From contig CAVSMN010000018.1 in assembly GCA_963729045.1 (NCBI GenBank), positions 78,964-142,963 on the forward strand: a stretch of DNA of 64,000 nt, in the 5' to 3' direction. Under the pieces are notes generated by a model. That model was not told the DNA's origin. It saw only the letters and a list, made by a program, of their open reading frames with translations, and did not search any database. This DNA comes from an uncultured Nitrososphaeraceae archaeon. GTDB lineage: Archaea; Thermoproteota; Nitrososphaeria; Nitrososphaerales; Nitrososphaeraceae. Positions 56,008-64,000 of the stretch are shown one piece after another. Both the position numbers and the translations under genes were made by a program. Each line of letters begins with the position of its first letter. Positions within the stretch are counted from its first letter, which is position 1.

Positions 56008-56235
56008 ATGAATAAAACATACAATATTGTATTTGTAACAATCACTATCCTCTCAGTGATAATAGCTGCAACAGCTATAATGAGTGAATCCTTTGCATTT
56101 AACCCTGTCTCTAAGAAACTTAACGATCGTGCAAATGCTTTGGAGAAGGAAGCAGAATAGACCCAAAAAGATGGTAATGACGTAAAAGCATTTGCAAAGA
56201 GTTTGATGGCTAAAAAATTGAGAGAAAAGGCTTAA
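56008..56235 (+). pseudogene. Small secreted helical protein with in-frame TAG at 56158
   Basis: MNKTYNIVFVTITILSVIIAATAIMSESFA-FNPVSKKLNDRANALEKEAE*TQKDGNDVKAFAKSLMAKKLREKA*. Confidence 0.5.
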
Positions 56236-56914
56236 TTTTCCATATCACCATATTTTTCTTTAAGGCGAATAAGTTTTATCTTTAAAAAAGTAACTTCATA
56301 TGGACGAGCGTCTAAAGCCCAAAGCAATGTTAAAGCAACTTGATTTCTCTCATAACTATCATACTTGACAATAGTTAGAATATCTTTTTTCCCAAAGTTC
56401 AGTTTCTAAATATAGACTCGATCGCCTAGTTTTTTTTATCTATTTTTAAAAAGAGAGGTGTTTTCAGTCCTTTGATTGAAATATAGATTTCTTCATTATT
56501 AGGATTATCCCTTAATCCACTAAAGTCTTTAGTATTATGCAATCATCTAAAGAAATATTTTATTCTACAAAGATAGTCATACCAGGTTGTAACTCATCGT
56601 ATATCAGAATCTACTTCTGAATTCTTGATTTTGTATCTTGAAAAGCTAGAATTTGGTCTCTCTTAGTAGTAGATTGAAAGGATATAGCAAATTCTAAAAA
56701 CTTTCCAAAAGCTATTTTGGTTTTAAGATTATTATTTTGATATTTATCTGAAGTAGATAATAACTTCATAGAATTTTACTCTTGTTATATCCTAATTAAC
56801 AATAAATTTAACATAATTATTATTTTCTTATATTTCTGTTATGGACGCTAGGGATGGATGGTCAACCTATGGAGTTTATATTTACACCATTTTCTTATAA
56901 GGTAGTTATTTTCA

Positions 56915-57298
56915 ATGTTATCTGTTATGTTTAAAATAATGGATTTGGACCCAAATGTAAATATTAAAACACAGTTAGATGAAGAAAATACCAACCCTGT
57001 GATTCTATTAAACAAATTCATTGTAAAGCCAGAGGATATAGAAATATTTCTAAAAGTATTTGAGAATACTACCAAAATAATGAAACAACAACCTGGATTT
57101 ATATCAGCACAGTTACATCAAGGTATTGCTGGAAGCCATACGTTCTTTAACTATGGAGTTTGGGAATCTGCTGCACATTTTAAGCGGGCCTTTAATAATC
57201 CTGAGTTCCAAAAATCTATGGCTGAACTGCCACAGGACACTGTTATGTCGCCTCATTTGTTTAGGAAGGTGGCAATATCCAACATATGTGTAGATTAG
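56915..57298 (+). CDS. ABM-family monooxygenase
   Basis: PV.L.N.F.V, MKQQPGFISAQLH.GIAGS, WES. Confidence 0.85.
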   Translation: MLSVMFKIMDLDPNVNIKTQLDEENTNPVILLNKFIVKPEDIEIFLKVFENTTKIMKQQPGFISAQLHQGIAGSHTFFNYGVWESAAHFKRAFNNPEFQKSMAELPQDTVMSPHLFRKVAISNICVD

Positions 57299-57327
57299 AC
57301 TGCATATTTTTTTGTAAATTTCTATGT

Positions 57328-57951
57328 TTACTTTGAAATTACTACAAAAAGTGCTTTGGGTAACGGATTTAATGTGCCCTGATAAACGGTTTCCCTAATG
57401 CCTTGTACTTTGAATCTACTGTTTTCAAATGTTTTTTTTATCATATCATTTGAAAATCTGTAAGGTCCAGTATCTCTCACTGGTTCTTTTTCGCTAAAGC
57501 ATTTCAAGAACAATAGCCCTCCTTCTTTTAAAATTCGGTTTACTTCCTCTGTATATATCGACCTTTTTTCTGGTGAAATTACGTGGAAGCATCCTCTATC
57601 AAAAATAAAGTCAAATTCGTTACTGCTTAAATGAGAATTTACAATATCATCAACTATAAACTTGATTTTATTGTTCATTTTGTTATTATAACGAACTGAT
57701 GCTTTATGAATTGCTGTAGGGGACAGATCAGATGCAGTGACTTCAAAACCTCTTTCAAAAAGTTTTATTGCTTGTGTCCCAGGTCCGGTCCCAAGATCAA
57801 GGAAGGAGCCTTTTTTGATTTTCATTTTATCTAATTCTAATTCTAAATCATGATCAAGAGATTCATTATACCACGGCATGGATTTCACTTCTTGGTTTTT
57901 GTATAGAGTTTCCCAGTCAGGAAATGATCTTGTATTTTCTGTCATGAACAA
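57328..57951 (-). CDS. Class I SAM-dependent methyltransferase (TPMT-like)
   Basis: LDLGTGPG, D.S..AI, FDFIFDRGCFH. Confidence 0.9.
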   Translation of the reverse strand: MFMTENTRSFPDWETLYKNQEVKSMPWYNESLDHDLELELDKMKIKKGSFLDLGTGPGTQAIKLFERGFEVTASDLSPTAIHKASVRYNNKMNNKIKFIVDDIVNSHLSSNEFDFIFDRGCFHVISPEKRSIYTEEVNRILKEGGLLFLKCFSEKEPVRDTGPYRFSNDMIKKTFENSRFKVQGIRETVYQGTLNPLPKALFVVISK

Positions 57952-58146
57952 ATTCTATATAACATGGAATAATATTAACAAAGGCTCTGGATATTGTCTT
58001 TTAATTTCTGGAGTCATTAACGCATAGACAATCGTAAATACGGAGGATCGAACTCGTGATTAAAATTCCCTGAGTAATGAAATTGTTGTTGCATCTATTA
58101 TACGATATCCTTCAATTTGGGCCTAAAAAAAGGATTCAGTTATGAA

Positions 58147-58197
58147 GTGGGCCCGTGGGGATTAGTGCCGATATCGGTATTTTAAATAGAGATTCTA
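58147..58197 (+). repeat. Dispersed repeat core with arm type B
   Basis: gtgggcccgtggggattagtgccgatatcggtattttaaatagagattcta. Confidence 0.75.
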
Positions 58198-58411
58198 GCA
58201 TTAGATAAAAGAAGGTCTGATTTAAGGATTTAGAATATTTTGAGATGACATCAGTATTTTAGGACAGATTCTATTGTTTGTCTACAGAAAATAGATTTAT
58301 CATCACCTCCAATTTGTATTTAATACTTAGTTCTTGGCGAAACAGAAGCGGAATTGAAATTTGGAACTTTATAGGTCGTGTTACATCAGTTTTTATATTG
58401 CAAAAAAATAG

Positions 58412-58940
58412 TTATTGTTTTTCGATTGAGGGAACATTCACAATACACTCTATCTTGGTATGAAAACCTTGTTTGTTTATTCCACCAAACCTTAATTTAT
58501 GTTTTCCAGGTGGAAGAGGCTTTAGAAGATGCCAATATCCAACCGTAACTGCAGTATGTGTCCCGGGATCAGCATTCTCATTTGTCAAAAGGTGATTCGA
58601 TGGGACACTTATATTGAAAGGCCCCGTCTCTACGTAATGTGGTTTTAAATCTACCCCATCTAGAAAATATTCCATTTCTATAGGGGAATCTGAATCATCT
58701 CTAGCCATTCGAAGAAGATCTTCAGGTGTAGAATTGATTCCATCTTCAGCAGTGGAATATTCACAACAAAAAACAGGTATCAGGATATCCTTTTTCCTGT
58801 CTTCAGGACGCATATCGAATATTCGATCACACGCTTCGCCACCCCAGTACAAGGCAACATCAAACAGGGATCTTGATTAACTTCACCAGTTTTTAACGGA
58901 TTGGTGTCTTATTTTGTTATGTGATAATGGCATACATATG
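58412..58940 (-). pseudogene. Hypothetical protein, 5' part frameshifted
   Basis: IL.PV...EYS, GYW..LKPLPPG.H.L.FGG; upstream HPLKTG...MLPCTG is in another frame. Confidence 0.55.
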
Positions 58941-59040
58941 AAGTTCATATTGTGTCAATCTATGAACTGAATTAGCCTACAACAAATGGTATATATAGTG
59001 GAGCGCTGACAATTCACAGCATTAATCATAGTTAGGTGGA

Positions 59041-59424
59041 TTGGAATCAGAAATGGCAAATACTATTAGAACACTCCTATATCTGGGGGCTGCAGCATGT
59101 ACGGGTATAACTGGAATTTTACACCTCATGTTAGTTCCAAGCTCGATTGTTGCTGGTATCCAATACACTGCGTTTTTTTTGATTTCTGGTCTGTTACAGC
59201 TCTTTTGGGTTTTACCCATGGTAAAAAGATGGGGTAGGATTTGGAATATTATCGGATTTGCGGGTACGGCTGTGTTAGTGGGTTTAACTGGTTACGTAGT
59301 CATTGAATCGGTTGGGAATCCTCAGTCGACACCACCTGGGGTAACTGAATTGGCAGTTGCAATAGAAATATTTCAGATATCATATGTTATAATTACTGCA
59401 ATAATTATAGTTACCAGAAGATGA
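59041..59424 (+). CDS. Small 4-TM membrane protein
   Basis: AA..T.I.GILHL, FF...G..QLFW..P....W. Confidence 0.75.
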   Translation: MESEMANTIRTLLYLGAAACTGITGILHLMLVPSSIVAGIQYTAFFLISGLLQLFWVLPMVKRWGRIWNIIGFAGTAVLVGLTGYVVIESVGNPQSTPPGVTELAVAIEIFQISYVIITAIIIVTRR

Positions 59425-59829
59425 TATCTGAACATCATCACTTGACCTGAGTGATGAATGATAGGAGTTAAAATGCATGATGGTACTCGCGAACGTTGTA
59501 ACCCAATTACTTTACCATCTAAAGTATATTTAAATAAATCAATTGTGTCAAAAACACTTGCCAAGTTAGAAGCAGATGGGATCCTTCAGAGAATACAAGA
59601 AGCATACTATTTCGATTGGAGTTCCCAGAATTACATTCTCGTGGACGATCAAAATCTGAAAAAAGACCTGAATTGCTTGTAATGTATAAATTTACAAATG
59701 GCATAAAGATTACCGTAGAATACGTTAGGATATACCTTCATTATTTCTCATTTTTTGTTTTAATCCAATTTCAAAAATCTTAATTATTGTCATATGCTAA
59801 ATGAATTTGATAATGATGGTTAACTAATA

Positions 59830-59874
59830 GTCTGGGCGCGTTGGGATTAAGTTCCTAGCGGTAGTAGGGTTCTA
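59830..59874 (+). repeat. Dispersed repeat, arm type A
   Basis: gtctgggcgcgttgggattaagttcctagcggtagtagggttcta. Confidence 0.88.
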
Positions 59875-59960
59875 CGACATTTCATAGTAGATTTGATATT
59901 CTTAAAAAAGCACGTTATATCGTTATGTTAGTAATAATTCAACAATTTAATACATTGAAT

Positions 59961-59999
59961 GGAGCCGTAGGCACTAAGTTCCTTTTGATATGGGTTTTA
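59961..59999 (+). repeat. Degenerate copy of dispersed repeat
   Basis: ggagccgtaggcactaagttccttttgatatgggtttta. Confidence 0.45.
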
Positions 60000-60194
60000 T
60001 CAAAGATTTTACTCGACCATGGTCATGAGAAATCCCAGAATATATAATCCACCATCATCATGCTAAGTTAATAAACTAACAATTATCCAAAAGACCGAAA
60101 GGTTATTTATGTGAAGCATGTAGAAATAGGAGTCCATGAATCTGCTTTACCAATAAATATTTAATAATTAAACTAATGCTACTTACGTTAGGCC

Positions 60195-60788
60195 ATGTAT
60201 GTCGCATTAACTTTATCAATTACTATACTTGCATCGTTGTATTTTATTATTCAGATGACTGAAACAGTTATATCATCTGAATCAAAATTATTACAACAGC
60301 CACAACAAATTCAATCATATATAGCAAACTTAACTGGTGATAACAACATACCTCCTGTAAACACCAATGCAATGGGTATTGTTAAATTTATTACCAATGA
60401 TCATTACTACGATAATAATGAAGTATATTATGAAATAAATCTTACAAATATACATAGTGATGTGGGAAAAGTTGAAGTTCACTTGGGGAAAATGAATGAA
60501 AATGGACCTTCTGTGGTTACGTTGTATCAAAAAACGACATCCCTACCTTCAGAAATTTGTTGCACATCTGCTGATTCAGAAAATGAAAGAACTAAACTCT
60601 TCTTCAATGGAACAGTTTTTACACAAGCCTTTGAATTTGGACCATTAGCAGGCAGCAAAAACATTACAGATTTAGTCAAGCTTTTTAATAATGGTAGTGC
60701 ATATGTACAAGTTTATACATATCATCCTGACTCTCTAAGTTTGTTTGGTATGGATAGCGAAATCCGTGGCCAAATTGCAAAGCAATAA
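60195..60788 (+). CDS. CHRD-domain protein
   Basis: A.LTG...PPV.T.A.G, H.G...ENGP.V..L, G.AYV.V.T, EIRGQI. Confidence 0.85.
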   Translation: MYVALTLSITILASLYFIIQMTETVISSESKLLQQPQQIQSYIANLTGDNNIPPVNTNAMGIVKFITNDHYYDNNEVYYEINLTNIHSDVGKVEVHLGKMNENGPSVVTLYQKTTSLPSEICCTSADSENERTKLFFNGTVFTQAFEFGPLAGSKNITDLVKLFNNGSAYVQVYTYHPDSLSLFGMDSEIRGQIAKQ

Positions 60789-60875
60789 CTTGTAGTAGTT
60801 TTCATACTAACAAATTTTATATCCCAAAAACAAGACAAAAGGATTTGTGCATATTTGAAATACCTTATTAGATAG

Positions 60876-60921
60876 GTTCTTATCCAAAGGGATTATGTTC
60901 CTAGTGGTAGTATGGTTCTAA
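60876..60921 (+). repeat. Dispersed repeat, arm type A
   Basis: gttcttatccaaagggattatgttcctagtggtagtatggttctaa. Confidence 0.88.
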
Positions 60922-61197
60922 CAAAAAGTGACACATTTAGTTATCATGTGACAACTCATAAAACATTGCTGTAAATCTTTTATTAACACTATCATCTATT
61001 TCCTTATATATTTCCTATGTATCTGATATCCAGACAAGACTATATCTCCAACTAATGGGTTCAATAAAAATTAGTAGATATACTATTGATATGAAGTGTG
61101 ACTAGAAATATACCTACTATATCTTGATCTACCTGGATTTAATGCAAAGTAACGTTTGGTTTAATAACAACTTGCTTAACTTTAAAGTTGAGATCTT

Positions 61198-61876
61198 TTG
61201 AATAATAAATACCTTATTTTTTCAATAATCGCTATATCTGCTTTTATTGTTTTGGCAGTGGTCGTTTCACCTAAATCCAATTTAAAAAGCAATTCATTGA
61301 CAAATCCCGATAATAGACTCTTTCTAAGAATAAATAATTCTCATTTTCAGGTTCTCAATCAACTCATGATATACTTGAGCTGGTATGGAAGAGAAGTATT
61401 CTGGATACTGGCAATACTTTTCCTATTTATTTTCGGTAGAAAGACAGGTAGAAAGACTGCCTTTGTTATGTTTATATCGATGATCGTACTCATACCCATA
61501 GGAATTATCACAAAGGAAATTATTGAAAGACCGAGACCGGTTATCCCTGAATCAGACTTTTTGATAACTGCAGGTTCTGGTACGCTTATCCATCTGGTCA
61601 TGCTCTAATAGTCTCTGCAGGAGCGACAGTTGCTTTGGTACTGATGAGGGGATCGTCCATTCAGTTCCTTGTGGCATTACTCTTAACAACTGAAGCAGCT
61701 TCGGTTTGTTTTTCACGCGTGTATGTAGGAGTCATTATCCATTGGATGTCTTGGGCGGAATACTCCTTGGGGTTGGAGTATCTTTTGTTATCCTATGGAA
61801 AGAGAAAGAATTGGAAACAAAATATTTTCAAATGATCAGAATTATTAAAAATTTAAAAACGAAATGGTCACTTTAA
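61198..61876 (+). pseudogene. PAP2-family phosphatase with two -1 frameshifts
   Basis: K....RPRP, YPSGHA and SRVYVG.HYP.DV..G motifs fall in three different frames. Confidence 0.85.
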
Positions 61877-62027
61877 AATCAAGTATTAGAAATCTAGATA
61901 TTAAATGAACAATATGATTTATCCAATTTAGCATTATTATGATAGACTCTGCCATTTTTTTCGTTGAAATGATTGAGATATATCATATCTTCATATAACC
62001 CGGTTATTAGATCTATTACACAATTAA

Positions 62028-63692
62028 TCATCCCACTATAATTTCGCCTACCATTGATGGGTGATAAATGCAATAGTATTGATAGTCGCCCGTATTATCA
62101 AAAGTTATACTATAGTGCTGATTTGGTATTATTGCATCCGAATCAAATATCGTCCCTGCATCCGTGTCACCATCTAGACCAGATGTGACAGTATGAGAAA
62201 TAGCGTCTCCATTATACCAAGTTACAGTTTGACCTTTTTGTATTTTTACAGGATTTGGTGAATATGAATTATCTCCATTTATTCCTGCAATGGATACTGG
62301 TACAGAGTTATTATTCTCAGTATCGTTAGTTTCGGCCGTACCCACGAGTTGACGCTCTTTTCCATCTACGCCATCTGAATAAGGTAAAATCCTAAATAGC
62401 GATCCCGTATAGCTTAATACATATAGATATCCATCTGGTCCTACCTGAATATCGGTTATCCCGCCAAAGCCTTGACCAAATACTATGGGTTGATTCTCCT
62501 TGGGATCATTAACCTCATAATCTGTTAATGATTTGATATTTCCTAAGGAAGTATCGTTTATGAGTATGTTGTCTCTAGCCTGATTAAGAACAAATCGATA
62601 TAAAAGACCGTTGTTAATATCACCTACAAACATATTGTTTTGATATTCTTGTCCTAACTTACCAGAATTTAAGAATTTCAATGCAGTAATTCCTATTGGA
62701 GTAACCCAGTCGAATTTAGGTTCAGCATATGACCCATTGCCAAAATATACCAGGTCATCCGAGGTTGCACCGGTACCCTGAAAATCATTCTTTGAAAATC
62801 CTTGAATTAGTGACCAGCCACTATTAAATCCTGGATATACCAAATTGATTTCATCACCAGCAGTAGGTCCATTTTCTGTGTCCCATAGGTTGCCAGTTAA
62901 CGGGTCAAAATCCATACCAAAGCTATTCCTAATACCCATAGCATAGTAAACATTCAGAGGCAAGCCTTTGCCAAATATAGAACCATCATCTACTACACTG
63001 CCGTCCTGTGTAATTCTGAGAATACCTCCAAGCCCATTAGGGGCTGGACCGTCCACTATGTTTTGAGACTGTGTTCTATGACCGCCGACCTCGCCAATTA
63101 CGTAGTAAATGTTATTGTCGGGTCCTATCAAGATCTTACCTCCATTGTGTTCACCTCTACCATTATCGGGAACAGCGGTCAAATCTAACAAAAGAACAGG
63201 GTTTATTAATCGACCATCAACAAATTCATAGCGATATAGTCTATTCCCCAATGGATATGTCTGATCCGTAAAATCACTACCATCTACTCCATCTCCAGAT
63301 TCTGTATAAGACAAGAAAACATACGTTTTTCCATCACTTTGTTTAGATACCGCAATACCAAGTAGACCACGTTCAATGGTACTAGCCACGGGTACATCCA
63401 GAACAGGCTTGTCTTGCATTTGACCGTCAAGTACCCTCATAACTTTTCCTGTTACTTTCTCGGTAACTAATATATCATTGGGCCCCAAAAAAGCCATACT
63501 GGTGGGAAAGTCCAAAGCGTCAGTAATTTTTTCAACAGCAAGATTGTCATCTTTAATGGTAGGGCCACGAGGAGCGACTGGTGCCTTTGCGTAAGCGGCA
63601 AAGGATAAATGGACACTGTATGGAATGATTGCTAAAGAAAGTAAAATAACCGATGAAATAAAAAAAGAAATTAAAAGTTTCGTTTTATACAT
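62028..63692 (-). CDS. PQQ-dependent glucose/sorbosone dehydrogenase fused to a C-terminal blue-copper (plastocyanin-like) domain
   Basis: ERGLLG, HNGG, G.RNSFG, DEIN; C-terminal HTVT...YYCIYHPSM.G. Confidence 0.9.
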   Translation of the reverse strand: MYKTKLLISFFISSVILLSLAIIPYSVHLSFAAYAKAPVAPRGPTIKDDNLAVEKITDALDFPTSMAFLGPNDILVTEKVTGKVMRVLDGQMQDKPVLDVPVASTIERGLLGIAVSKQSDGKTYVFLSYTESGDGVDGSDFTDQTYPLGNRLYRYEFVDGRLINPVLLLDLTAVPDNGRGEHNGGKILIGPDNNIYYVIGEVGGHRTQSQNIVDGPAPNGLGGILRITQDGSVVDDGSIFGKGLPLNVYYAMGIRNSFGMDFDPLTGNLWDTENGPTAGDEINLVYPGFNSGWSLIQGFSKNDFQGTGATSDDLVYFGNGSYAEPKFDWVTPIGITALKFLNSGKLGQEYQNNMFVGDINNGLLYRFVLNQARDNILINDTSLGNIKSLTDYEVNDPKENQPIVFGQGFGGITDIQVGPDGYLYVLSYTGSLFRILPYSDGVDGKERQLVGTAETNDTENNNSVPVSIAGINGDNSYSPNPVKIQKGQTVTWYNGDAISHTVTSGLDGDTDAGTIFDSDAIIPNQHYSITFDNTGDYQYYCIYHPSMVGEIIVG

Positions 63693-64000
63693 AGTTCATC
63701 TTTACTTATAGTAGATTAAAGTTTACCATTGAATGTTTTTATAACAATTTTCAAGAAATATTTGTGTTTTTGACAATTTGAATTTGATTTGGTAGTTAGT
63801 TTCCCTTTTTCAAAAAACAGTTAATGAACTCTACTGTCATAGAGCACCGCAAATTATAAAATAAATTAGTACAAGTGTATAAATGAAATTGTTTTATAAT
63901 ATAATAAAGATATGATTCCTTTAGATACTCTTACCATAACGCTTAACTAATTTAGATAGTGCTAGGAAATGAACGCAGGGACAAAAATATTTATGAAAAA

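Noticed and set aside
367..60921. Dispersed repeat as a CRISPR array or canonical integron attC
   Set aside because: Spacing is kilobases with whole genes between copies; no RYYYAAC/GTTRRRY terminal pairing; no intI or cas gene in the window
1..64000. tRNA/rRNA genes, integrase, provirus
   Set aside because: No cloverleaf, GC-rich rRNA-like tract, recombinase or virion gene recognised

Overview
AT-rich archaeal DNA; gene content, leaderless TATA promoters and protein families point to a soil ammonia-oxidising Nitrososphaerota (Nitrosocosmicus-like; inference). No rRNA, tRNA or core housekeeping operon is seen. The window is an accessory region of about 50 mostly unrelated single genes (hydrolases, VOC/ABM/cupin enzymes, orphan ABC binding proteins, secreted proteins, HtrA, SdhA-like flavoprotein, a CcdA/thioredoxin/DM13 redox cluster), with many frameshifted genes and IS6/IS5 remnants. 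Main unexplained structure: a ~45-bp intergenic repeat (consensus GTYCTCATCCRTGGGGATTAAGTTCCYWGTGGTAGTAGGGTTCTA) present in about 20 copies, all clear ones on the + strand. It partitions the region into mostly 1-3-gene modules and has interchangeable hairpin-forming right arms, resembling a recombination-site-delimited (integron-like) cassette array; no recombinase is in the window. Also notable: two orphan 37-bp CRISPR-type repeats without cas genes, an 11-bp phased operator repeat at four promoters of the redox cluster, and a ricin-type lectin made of three near-identical 129-bp units.
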